A stretch of DNA of 64,000 nt. Origin: an uncultured Thermoplasmata archaeon. Lineage in GTDB: Archaea; Thermoplasmatota; Thermoplasmata; Lutacidiplasmatales; UBA184. This document shows positions 55,456-63,391 of the stretch, one piece after another. The stretch lies in assembly GCA_963735185.1 (NCBI GenBank), contig CAVTJV010000007.1, forward strand, positions 1,151,009 through 1,215,008, given 5' to 3'. How positions within the stretch are numbered: the first letter of the stretch is position 1; every line of letters starts with the position of its first letter. A program made the position numbers and the translations under genes. The notes under the pieces were generated by a model. That model was not told where the DNA came from. It saw only the letters and a program-made list of their open reading frames with translations, and did no database searches.

Positions 55456-55704
55456 ATGCCCCTCTACATGGACACCCACCGAAAGGTGAAGGGCGTCACC
55501 GCCGCGGCCGTTGCAGAAGCCCACGCAAAGGACCTCAAGGTGCAGGGCAAGCACGGCGTGAATTATCGGAACTACTGGGTCGACGAGAAGAACGAGACGA
55601 TCGTCTGTTTGGTCGAGGCGCCGTCCCCAGAGGCCGCGGCTCGGGTACACAAGGAAGCCCATGGTCTCGTCGCGGACGAGATCCACGAGGTCCACCAGGG
55701 CTGA
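55456..55704 (+). CDS. DUF4242 domain protein (SCO4226-like)
   Basis: MPLYMDTHRKVKGVTAAAVAEAHAKDLKVQGKHGVNYRNYWVDEKNETIVCLVEAPSPEAA..VH.EAHGLVADEI.EV. The family typically starts MP.YMD.H, and the TATA-like TTTTTTATTTG (55426-55436) sits 20-30 nt upstream of this ATG. The ORF-track start 55444 is probably too early. Confidence 0.75.
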   Translation: MPLYMDTHRKVKGVTAAAVAEAHAKDLKVQGKHGVNYRNYWVDEKNETIVCLVEAPSPEAAARVHKEAHGLVADEIHEVHQG

Positions 55705-55999
55705 GTTGGATCGGCCGACGGTCCGTCGCCCGGGTCCGGAAAAGCACGCCTTTCCGACACGCTCCTCGCAATCCTGACCCGCGTGCTCCCTCGCCGTCCC
55801 CGAACGTCGCGGAAGGACGGCTGCCGTCCTTTCGAGCGGTCTCCGGGGGGATGTGAGGTGCAACGCCCTCGAGTGTCTCGTCGGCGGCCCTCGAAGGAAC
55901 AAAGCGAAGTATTCCCATGGTTGAACCAAGTGCCCCTCGAGGTCGAGCGGGCGGAAAGGAGGAAGCCGACCGAACGAACCGGTCTGCGGACACGGATCC

Positions 56000-56404
56000 A
56001 TGCCACTAGAATACACGGGCGTCCGGGTGCGGGACCTCGCACGAGCCGTCCGGTTCTTCACGGAAGGGCTGGGACTGAAGGTCGGTCTCTCGGGCCGCAT
56101 GGCGGCGGGAGGTCTCTGGCAAGAGCTCTACGACCCGGAGACCAAGGCGATCCTCGAGCTCAACTACTATCCGGGAGACCCGCCGTATCGGCTCGGGGAC
56201 GAGCTCGACCACCTCGGGTTCCGCGTCACCGAACTGGAGGTCGTGGTCGACCGGCTGGTCGCGTTGGGGGCGCGGGTCGAGATCCCGCCGTTCGACGAGG
56301 GTGAGATGCGCCTCGTCTTCTTGTCGGACCCGGATGGGCTCTGGGTGGAGCTCTACGAGCGTCGCCCCGGCGAAGAGCCCCCTACTTCCCGACCCGGAAG
56401 CTGA
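56000..56404 (+). CDS. VOC family protein (glyoxalase/bleomycin-resistance fold)
   Basis: 134 aa. ...GVRVRDLARAV.FF.EGLGL..........LEL........LDHLGF.V.....VV.RL...G......P.......FL.DPDG..VEL. Confidence 0.8.
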   Translation: MPLEYTGVRVRDLARAVRFFTEGLGLKVGLSGRMAAGGLWQELYDPETKAILELNYYPGDPPYRLGDELDHLGFRVTELEVVVDRLVALGARVEIPPFDEGEMRLVFLSDPDGLWVELYERRPGEEPPTSRPGS

Positions 56405-56463
56405 CCGGGCCGCTCGGGCGACGGGAATAAGAAGCGGTCCCCGCCATGCCCTGCCGGTAACCC

Positions 56464-58194
56464 GTGGAACCCCCGGCCCTGTCCTCGGCGGCCCCGCCCA
56501 AGCCGACGGTCGTCCCGGAGGCGACCCACTCCCTCACCCTAAGTTCGAGCGCGGTCTTCGCGGCCAGTCTCGCGACGCAGCTGATCGGGTTCTTCGCGAG
56601 CATCGCCTTCTACAAGACGATCGGCCTCACCGAGTCGGGCCGGGTCCTCCTCGGTACGGCGCAGCTGTTCCTGCTGATCGGTTCATCGATCAACGGGGTC
56701 GGCGACCTCCGCCTCGGCACCGCGTACACGTACTTCCTTGCCCGGGGCAAGCCGGCGACGGACAACACGTCGACCTACCTGCTGGTGCGGATGTTGATGG
56801 TCGGTGCCGCGGGCCTAATCCTGTTCGTGATCGCGCCGCTCTCCATCGGCGGGGCCAGCATCACTTCGGGACCCACCGAGTTGCTCTCCCTCGGCGTCTT
56901 CGTTACCCTCCCCCTCCTCTGGTCGTTCTCCACGGTCTACAACTCGTACTTCATCGGCATAGGCAACTCGGTCCGGGCGCAGTACCCGTCCTTGATCGAG
57001 GCGATCGCCCGGCTGCCCGCGATCGTCATCGTGGCATTCTACTTCCCTACGATCCTCGGGATCACGGCGGCGTACGCGATCGGTGCGGTCGCGTCGACCC
57101 TCTACTCTTTTCCCGTGATCCTGCGGCTCCTCCGACGGTTCCATTGGTCCGAAGCCCTGCGGATGTTCCGTTTCTCCTGGCCTCTGATGGGCAGCCTGCT
57201 GCTAAGCTACATGGTCACGAACATGATTCCGCTCATCGTCAACGGATACCTGGGCGCGGCCGCGCTCACAATCTTCCTGGCCGCGAACGGCTGGAGGATC
57301 CTCGCCCTTTCTGTCCCCGCGGCGGTCGCCACGCCGTTGTTCCCGTACCTGGCCGGACTGCATCGCAAGGAGGAGTACGAGCGGATCCGACGGGGAACCT
57401 GGCAGGCGTTACGGTATTCGGCGATGCTGCTCGTCCCCGGCGTCGTCGCGCTCGTGACGTACCGATACGCCTTCCTGAACGTGTTCCAGAATGCGGCCTA
57501 CGCCAACCAGGGGTCGCTGGCCCTCGCGATCCTGGTCATCGGCGCCATCCCGCTCGCGCTGAGCCAGATCATGCAGACGTCCATCAACTCGATCGGCCGC
57601 CAGCGTCTCGAGCTGTACATCACCTCCACTCAGGTCGTCGTCCTCTTCGCGGCCGTCTTCCTGCTCATGCCTCGGGGCGCTCCGCTCTACATGAGCGACG
57701 GTCTCGTCGCCGGCGCGATCGCGGTGCTCGCCTCCTCGATCGCGGCCCTCGCGCTCAACACGTACTTCATGGAGAGGCTCATTCAGGTCCACATCCAGCC
57801 ACGGTCGATCCTCGGGATCACGCTCAGCGCCGCGGGAGGGTTCTTCGTGATGTCCCAGTTCAACCACTTCCTCCCCCACAACCGCTACTTCCAACTCGCC
57901 GTCGGGGTGCTGCTCGGGTTCGCGGCGTACTTCGTGATCCTGGTCCTGATCGGGGAGCTGACCCGCCAGGATGTCCGGCAGATCGGCTCGTCCGTGGGCC
58001 TTCCTTCTTGGTTCTACAACCCGATCGCCCGCCTCTGCTGGAGGGAAGCTTCGCCCGGGCTCCTCCCCGTCGACCTGAGCCGCGCCCGTGGGCTGCGACC
58101 CACGGAGCTTCCGGAAACGTTCGTGGGCGACACCGAGCTGCCCGAGCTCGCCCCGCTCCCGGAGGAGCCTCCGCCCTCGCCCCCGGCCGCCTAA
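56464..58194 (+). CDS. Oligosaccharide flippase family (MOP/Wzx) membrane protein, second copy
   Basis: 576 aa, at least 12 hydrophobic segments. Organisation resembles the protein at 8208..9770. GTG start. Confidence 0.65.
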   Translation: MEPPALSSAAPPKPTVVPEATHSLTLSSSAVFAASLATQLIGFFASIAFYKTIGLTESGRVLLGTAQLFLLIGSSINGVGDLRLGTAYTYFLARGKPATDNTSTYLLVRMLMVGAAGLILFVIAPLSIGGASITSGPTELLSLGVFVTLPLLWSFSTVYNSYFIGIGNSVRAQYPSLIEAIARLPAIVIVAFYFPTILGITAAYAIGAVASTLYSFPVILRLLRRFHWSEALRMFRFSWPLMGSLLLSYMVTNMIPLIVNGYLGAAALTIFLAANGWRILALSVPAAVATPLFPYLAGLHRKEEYERIRRGTWQALRYSAMLLVPGVVALVTYRYAFLNVFQNAAYANQGSLALAILVIGAIPLALSQIMQTSINSIGRQRLELYITSTQVVVLFAAVFLLMPRGAPLYMSDGLVAGAIAVLASSIAALALNTYFMERLIQVHIQPRSILGITLSAAGGFFVMSQFNHFLPHNRYFQLAVGVLLGFAAYFVILVLIGELTRQDVRQIGSSVGLPSWFYNPIARLCWREASPGLLPVDLSRARGLRPTELPETFVGDTELPELAPLPEEPPPSPPAA

Positions 58195-58320
58195 GGAATG
58201 CCGACCCGGGCCGGCGGGACGCCGGTCGGGAGGTGCGGAGGACGCAGAGCTTAAAGTCGGGGCCCGGGTCTTCGGACTGAGGAAGCCCAGTATGGTCCGT
58301 GTCGGGGAGCGACCGGTGAC

Positions 58321-58391
58321 GAGCGCCCCGGTCCGGACGCTAGGCGGCGGATGCCCGTGCGCGTCGGGTTAGGGTCCGACCGGGGCGCTTC
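58321..58391. repeat. Long imperfect inverted repeat (17-bp stem with two 1-nt bulges and a loop of about 35 nt) upstream of the ABC-2 operon
   Basis: Arm 1 is GAGCGCCCCGGTCCGGAC (58321-58338). Arm 2 is GTCCGACCGGGGCGCTTC (58374-58391). Paired by hand. Confidence 0.6.
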
Positions 58392-58457
58392 CACGACCGA
58401 CGCCCCCCGTAGTTCCACCGGGCACGAGAGGCCGACCCCGCAGGGCCGGGCGGGATC

Positions 58458-59384
58458 GTGACCGACCTCGCGCTCTGGAGCGAGAACCTCCGGAAGGTCT
58501 ACCAGTCGAAGGGGGCGCCCCCCACAGAGGCTCTCGCCGGTGTCTCGCTCGAGGTCCGACGGGGAGAGCGGGTCGCGCTCCTCGGTCGGAACGGCGCCGG
58601 CAAGACGACGTTCCTCAAGATCGCCTCGACGCTCCTCCGGCCCACCTCCGGGCGGATCCAGGTGTTCGGCTACGACGTCGACCGGACCCCCGAGAAGGCC
58701 CGACCGTACATCGCGGTCGTCCCGCAGGAGGGAAAGCCGTTCTTCCATCTGACCCCGCGCGAACAGGTCTACACGTACCTCCGGGCCCGCGGGCTGGGGC
58801 GGGAGACCGCGAAAGCCCGGACCGAGGACGCGCTCCAGAAGATGGGGCTGACCGACTTCGCGAACCGCCTTTCCATCACCCTCTCGGGAGGGCAGCGACA
58901 GCGGACGATGGTCGCGACCGTCATCGCGACCGAAGCCCCACTCCTGTTCCTGGATGAGCCCACGATCGGGATGGACCCGTTCGCCCGCCGCTCGGTGTGG
59001 GGGTCGATGCGGGAGCTCACGCGCAAGGGCTCGACCATCCTCCTGACCACGCACTATCTCGACGAGGCCGAGGCCCTGAGCGACCGCCTCTACATCATCG
59101 AACGAGGGCAGGTATTGGTCTCGGGGACCGCGGACGACCTCAAGCGGTCCGTCGGAGGCACGGTCAAGGTCCTGTTTCCGGAGGGAGCGGCCCGGGTCGA
59201 GTCGTTCCGCACGTTCGGTTCGTGCGTCATCGACGGGGATGCCCTCACCATCATCGTCGAGCCCGAGCGGCTGGGCGAGCTGATGGACCTCGCGGTGCGC
59301 TCGCAATTGACGGCGACCGTCGGTCCGGTCACGCTCGAGGAAGCGTTCCTTCGCGTCGTCGGGCGGTCGATCGATGAGAACTAG
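58458..59384 (+). CDS. ABC transporter ATP-binding protein (ABC-2/DrrA-type exporter)
   Basis: Walker A GRNGAGKTT, signature LSGGQRQR, Walker B LLFLDEPTIGMD. 308 aa. GTG start. Confidence 0.9.
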   Translation: MTDLALWSENLRKVYQSKGAPPTEALAGVSLEVRRGERVALLGRNGAGKTTFLKIASTLLRPTSGRIQVFGYDVDRTPEKARPYIAVVPQEGKPFFHLTPREQVYTYLRARGLGRETAKARTEDALQKMGLTDFANRLSITLSGGQRQRTMVATVIATEAPLLFLDEPTIGMDPFARRSVWGSMRELTRKGSTILLTTHYLDEAEALSDRLYIIERGQVLVSGTADDLKRSVGGTVKVLFPEGAARVESFRTFGSCVIDGDALTIIVEPERLGELMDLAVRSQLTATVGPVTLEEAFLRVVGRSIDEN

Positions 59385-60138
59385 CGATCTGGCCCCGACC
59401 GCCCGCGCGTTCCGCGGTCTGGGAGCGTTCCTCTGGACCGAGATGCTCGTTCAAGCGCACGAGACGCTCGCGATGGCGACCTCGATGCTGGTCCAAGGGG
59501 TCCTCCTGATCTTCGTCTGGATCCTCAGTCCGAACCTCCTCGGCGTCGCGTTCGTGGGGGCCATCATCTTCTCGACGTTCGCCATGGGTCAGCGGGTGCT
59601 CAACGAGGCCGCCTACATCCGCATCGACCACAAGGCGAACGACCTCTACCTGGCCAGCCCGTTGTCGCCCGAGGCGTACTTCCTCGGCATGTCGGCCGGG
59701 ATCCTGGCGGTCTACCTCGCGCCCGTGGTAGCCCTCGGGGTTCTGGCGACCGCGGTCGTTCACTTCACGCTGGCCCAGGGGCTCCTCCTCTTCGCCCTGG
59801 CCGCCATCGTCTGGGTGTTCTCCGCGTCCGTCGGATACGTCTTCTCGACGTTCTTCCGCGACAACCGGGCAATCTGGGCGTACTCGAGCCTGTTCTTCAA
59901 CGTCTTCGGGGTCCTGCCGCCTGTCTTCTACCCATTTCGGCTCTTCCCGACGTGGCTGCACCCGGTCGCCCTGCTCATGCCCCCGAGCGCGGCCGCGGCG
60001 CTCGCCCAGATGAGCCTCGGTATCACCGACCTCACCTCCGGGGAACTCGCTCTCGGTGTGGGCGGGCTCCTGGTCGAAACGACCGTCGTCTTCCTGTTCG
60101 CGATCTACTGGGCCCGGCGGACGGTGCGGGCGGACTAG
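59374..60138 (+). CDS. ABC-2 type transporter permease
   Basis: 254 aa with 6 hydrophobic segments. Overlaps the ATPase gene by 11 nt. Confidence 0.75.
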   Translation: MRTSDLAPTARAFRGLGAFLWTEMLVQAHETLAMATSMLVQGVLLIFVWILSPNLLGVAFVGAIIFSTFAMGQRVLNEAAYIRIDHKANDLYLASPLSPEAYFLGMSAGILAVYLAPVVALGVLATAVVHFTLAQGLLLFALAAIVWVFSASVGYVFSTFFRDNRAIWAYSSLFFNVFGVLPPVFYPFRLFPTWLHPVALLMPPSAAAALAQMSLGITDLTSGELALGVGGLLVETTVVFLFAIYWARRTVRAD

Positions 60139-60921
60139 ATGGCCGCGATGCGCTCCGAGTTCCCGCACGTCCCGACGAACGGGCGGGCGGTCCCGGCGTT
60201 CCTGATCGTCGGCTGGCGCTGGATCAGCCGCAACCCCGCGGTTGCGATCACGCCGGTCCTGCTCCCGTTCATCTTCCTGTACTTCCTCTCGCTCATCTCG
60301 CCCCCCTCGCTCCTCCCGCTCGAGGTGGTCGGGGCGATGCTCTTCACGATGCAGAACATCGGTTCCTGGGTCCTCGGGGACAGCGCCTTCTGGCGGATCG
60401 AGTGCTCCCTCCAGGACATGTTCGTCGCGAGCCCGCTGAGTCGGGTCCGCTACCTGTTCGGGATCGCGATCGAGAACCTGATCGCGATGCTGCCCGCGCT
60501 CGCGGTCCTGACAGCCCTCCTCGTATGGGCCGGAGGCCGAGAAGGGACCCCCCTCACGCCCTACGCCTTCCTTGTCCTCGTCGCCTGCCTGGCGGTCCTG
60601 TGGGTCCTCTTCTCGGCCGTGGGGATCGGGATCTCGAGTCGGCTCCGCACCCAGCGCGAAATCTGGCCCGTGGGGAACCTAACGTTCACCATCCTCGGGA
60701 TGCTCTCGCCCCTGTACTACCCCCTATCCGCCCTTCCGCCGCTCTGGCAGGACGCCGCGCGGTTCCTGCCCACCACCTACGCCGCTCTCCTCATCCAGGG
60801 CGCCCTCGGCATCACGCCCGCGACCCCCGACCAGATGGTCTTCTACGCCTGCCTGCTCGTGACCTGCGCGGCGGTCGGCCTCGTCATCATGCTGCGCCTC
60901 TACCGCTGGGGGGAGGCGTAG
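60139..60921 (+). CDS. ABC-2 type transporter permease (second subunit)
   Basis: 260 aa, multi-pass. The ATG immediately follows the stop of the previous permease. Confidence 0.75.
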   Translation: MAAMRSEFPHVPTNGRAVPAFLIVGWRWISRNPAVAITPVLLPFIFLYFLSLISPPSLLPLEVVGAMLFTMQNIGSWVLGDSAFWRIECSLQDMFVASPLSRVRYLFGIAIENLIAMLPALAVLTALLVWAGGREGTPLTPYAFLVLVACLAVLWVLFSAVGIGISSRLRTQREIWPVGNLTFTILGMLSPLYYPLSALPPLWQDAARFLPTTYAALLIQGALGITPATPDQMVFYACLLVTCAAVGLVIMLRLYRWGEA

Positions 60922-61088
60922 CCGGGGTTGATGGGAAACGTTCATGCGGGGTACCGGCATGTACGCTTCGGTGCCTTCACCGAGAGCCGCTCCCACTTCA
61001 TCGTGCCGCTCGGTAGCACCGCTAGGTATTCCTTCGAACCGCTCCTACCGCTCGCTTCCCCGAGTTGCCGGCGGCAGGTAAACCGGAA

Positions 61089-61405
61089 ATGAGTGACGAC
61101 GAGTTCGACGAGATCCTATCCGCGCTCGACCGAGAGACCGCCCGCATCCGGGTTCGCGCCGAACCCCGCCGGTACAACAAGCCGGCGACCGTGATCTCCG
61201 GGTTCCCCCCGGGGTCGACCTCGCGGAGACGACGCGCTCGCTCAAGAACCGCCTCGCGACGGGCGGGTCCGTGGTCGACGGCGAGGTGTACCTCCAGGGC
61301 GACCACCGCAGCCGGATCCGCGCGGAGCTCGCCAAGCTCGGCTTCGACCCCGAGACGATCGAGATCTCGGACACGGCGCTCCCGAAGCGCGGACGTCGCG
61401 GGTAG
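61089..61405 (+). CDS. sui1: Translation initiation factor aSUI1 (eIF1 homologue), reading frame broken at the C6G4 run 61205-61214
   Basis: The ATG at 61089 gives ...IRVRAEPRRYNKPATVISGFPPG. The conserved remainder (VDLAETTRSLKNRLATGGSVVDGEVYLQGDHRSRIRAELAKLGFDPETIEI) is in the -1 frame and ends at TAG 61403-61405. The offset is 125 nt, i.e. 3k-1. Confidence 0.85.
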
Positions 61406-61529
61406 CCCTCGCTCGACCCCCCCGCGCGGAAGGCCCGCGCACGAATTCTGGGGGGGGGGAACCCGGAGGGTGCTGGCCGGTAAACGTATAACCCTCGACT
61501 ATTCCGGTTCCGCCCGAGGCAAGCCCCCG

Positions 61530-62384
61530 ATGGCAGCGTACGCGCATCCCGAGGTATTGGTAGAGACCGACTGGCTGGACTCCCACCGCAGCGACCCGAA
61601 GGTCCGGATCGCGGAGGTCGACTACGACCCCGCCGCGAACTACGCGATGAGCCACATCCCCGGCTCCGTCCTGTTCGACTGGCGCAAGGACATCAACGAC
61701 CCGGTCGCCCGCGACATCCTGTCCGCGGACGCGCTCACGACCCTCTTCGCGCGCACCGGCATCGACGACGACACGACGCTCGTCCTCTACGGCGACTTCA
61801 ACAACTGGTTCGCCGCGTTCGCCTTCTGGGTCTTCACCTACTACGGCGTCAAGAACGTCAAGCTGGTGAACGGCGGCCGCAAGAAGTGGATCGCCGAGGA
61901 CCGGCCGCTTACGGAGGCCGTTCCCAGCCTGGCGCCGGGTCACTTCCAGGCGCACGCCCCGAACCCCCAGCTCCGGTCGTTCCTCGAGGACGTCCGGAAG
62001 GTGCTCCCCGACGTGAAGGGCGGGAAGTTCTCGTTGGTCGACGTTCGCGGTCCGAAGGAATTCTCGGGGGAGATCACCGCTCCTCCCGAGTACCCGACCG
62101 AGCACGCGCAGCGGGGGGGCCACATCCCTGGCGCGAAGAACATCCCCTGGGCCCAAGCGGTCAGGGACGATGGGACGTTCAAGTCCCGGGACGAGCTGGA
62201 GGAGCTCTACCGGTCGAAGGGCGTCCTCCGGGACCACCCCGTGATCACCTACTGTCGGATCGGCGAGCGGTCGAGCCACACCTGGTTCGTGCTGAAGTAT
62301 CTCCTCGGATACCCCGACGTTCGCAACTACGACGGCTCTTGGACCGAATGGGGAAACCTCGTCCGGACCCCCATCGAGAAATAG
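61530..62384 (+). CDS. sseA: Thiosulfate/3-mercaptopyruvate sulfurtransferase (tandem rhodanese domains)
   Basis: 284 aa. ...HIPGS..FDW..., the second domain with HIPGAKNIPW, and the active-site loop YCRIGERSS. Confidence 0.88.
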   Translation: MAAYAHPEVLVETDWLDSHRSDPKVRIAEVDYDPAANYAMSHIPGSVLFDWRKDINDPVARDILSADALTTLFARTGIDDDTTLVLYGDFNNWFAAFAFWVFTYYGVKNVKLVNGGRKKWIAEDRPLTEAVPSLAPGHFQAHAPNPQLRSFLEDVRKVLPDVKGGKFSLVDVRGPKEFSGEITAPPEYPTEHAQRGGHIPGAKNIPWAQAVRDDGTFKSRDELEELYRSKGVLRDHPVITYCRIGERSSHTWFVLKYLLGYPDVRNYDGSWTEWGNLVRTPIEK

Positions 62385-62398
62385 GCCCGGCGTCCGCG

Positions 62399-63094
62399 TC
62401 AGCCCCGACGGCGGCGCGGCTTCGGCTCCGCCTCCTTCCGCACGAGGAACTGGTGGAGGGTTCCTTCTTGTCGGTGGGCGAGCACCGGGTGGCCGGTCTG
62501 GTCCGACCAGCGGACCATCTCGATCGGGCTCGTCGGGTCGTCCGTCACGAGGAGGACCGCCTCTCCGGCGATACGGGTGGCGAGCTCCTCGTTGAGCCTC
62601 GTGAGCACCGCCGAGCACTCGATCCCGATCTCATACAGCTCGAAGTCCGGGGTCGTGGGCCAACAGCGAATCCGTTGGGCGCGGATGCGCTCCTCGAGGC
62701 GCGGGGCGACCTGGGACGCGGTCTCGAGAAGGTGTCCGGGCTCGTCGGGGCGAACGGGTCGCACTCGAACGACCCACCCGTCCCCGTACGGAGCATCGTT
62801 GAGCAAGCGGGGACGCCGCGCGACCTCTTCGTTACGGTCGACGAGGACGACATCCACCGGTACGCGAATTGCACCGGTGAACCGGGTGCTCTCGATGGTC
62901 GCGACGCTCCGTCCGCGTCCCACCGCTCCCTCGATCGGCCGGAACGTCAGGGAACGAAACGGTCCCGCGAACGCGCCCAGCGTTCCGAGGATCCCCACGC
63001 GAGCGCTCCCGCCCTCGGGGTCGTCCGCCCACCAGACGTCGCTCTTCAGGTCGTAGAGCCGGTCCTCCGGTAGTGGGCAGCCACCGACCTCCAT
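62399..63094 (-). CDS. Fusion protein: GcvH-like (lipoyl-domain fold, Lys replaced by Arg) N-terminal domain plus TusA/SirA-like C-terminal domain
   Basis: ATG at 63094. N-domain: ...VGILGTLG...G....L.F.P.EG.VGRGRSVATIESTRFTGAIRVPVD..LVDRNEEV...P.LLNDAPYGDGWVVRV. C-domain: ...GIECSAVLTRLNEELA....GE.VLLVTDDPTS..EMVRWSDQTGH.V.... Confidence 0.6.
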   Translation of the reverse strand: MEVGGCPLPEDRLYDLKSDVWWADDPEGGSARVGILGTLGAFAGPFRSLTFRPIEGAVGRGRSVATIESTRFTGAIRVPVDVVLVDRNEEVARRPRLLNDAPYGDGWVVRVRPVRPDEPGHLLETASQVAPRLEERIRAQRIRCWPTTPDFELYEIGIECSAVLTRLNEELATRIAGEAVLLVTDDPTSPIEMVRWSDQTGHPVLAHRQEGTLHQFLVRKEAEPKPRRRRG

Positions 63095-63172
63095 GAGCGC
63101 GGGACGTCCGGGTGAGCTCTTAGGGGTAACTCTCGCGACAAGCTTTTGCCGTAGCAAGCGAGTCGTCGAACC

Positions 63173-63367
63173 ATGCGAGCCGCGGCCGTGTCCGGCGTTG
63201 CGACGCGGCCCGTGGGACGGGTTCGATGCCGGTGCGGTCACCTCCCGGTGCATCACATGGAGGTCGTCGCGCTCGGGACGAGCGCGAGCTTTCGTCTCCA
63301 ACCGACAGGCCCCTGCGCGATCTGCGGCGAGGCGGTCTGCCACCGATACACTCCCGGCGGAACCTGA
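63173..63367 (+). CDS. Possible small zinc-ribbon-like protein (64 aa; CxC...CxxC...C)
   Basis: The ATG is preceded by AAGCTTTTGC (63139-63148) at TATA distance. Third codon positions are mostly G/C. Contains RCRCGH...CAICGEAVCH. No homology recognised, so this could be a chance ORF in a 300-nt spacer. Confidence 0.3.
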   Translation: MRAAAVSGVATRPVGRVRCRCGHLPVHHMEVVALGTSASFRLQPTGPCAICGEAVCHRYTPGGT

Positions 63368-63391
63368 CCGGGACCCGCGCGGAGGCTGGGC

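Noticed and set aside
55812-55833. An 8-bp hairpin AAGGACGG-CTG-CCGTCCTT followed by TC in the 295-nt spacer after the DUF4242 gene, which could be a terminator.
   Set aside because: It lies more than 100 nt downstream of the stop codon and is not followed by an oligo-T tract. Archaeal termination relies mainly on T-runs, so the evidence is insufficient to annotate it.
58300-58380. A small ORF MVRVGERPVTSAPVRTLGGGCPCASG in the spacer upstream of the ABC-2 operon.
   Set aside because: It is only 26 codons, has no recognisable motif, and overlaps the strong inverted repeat, which explains the local sequence better.
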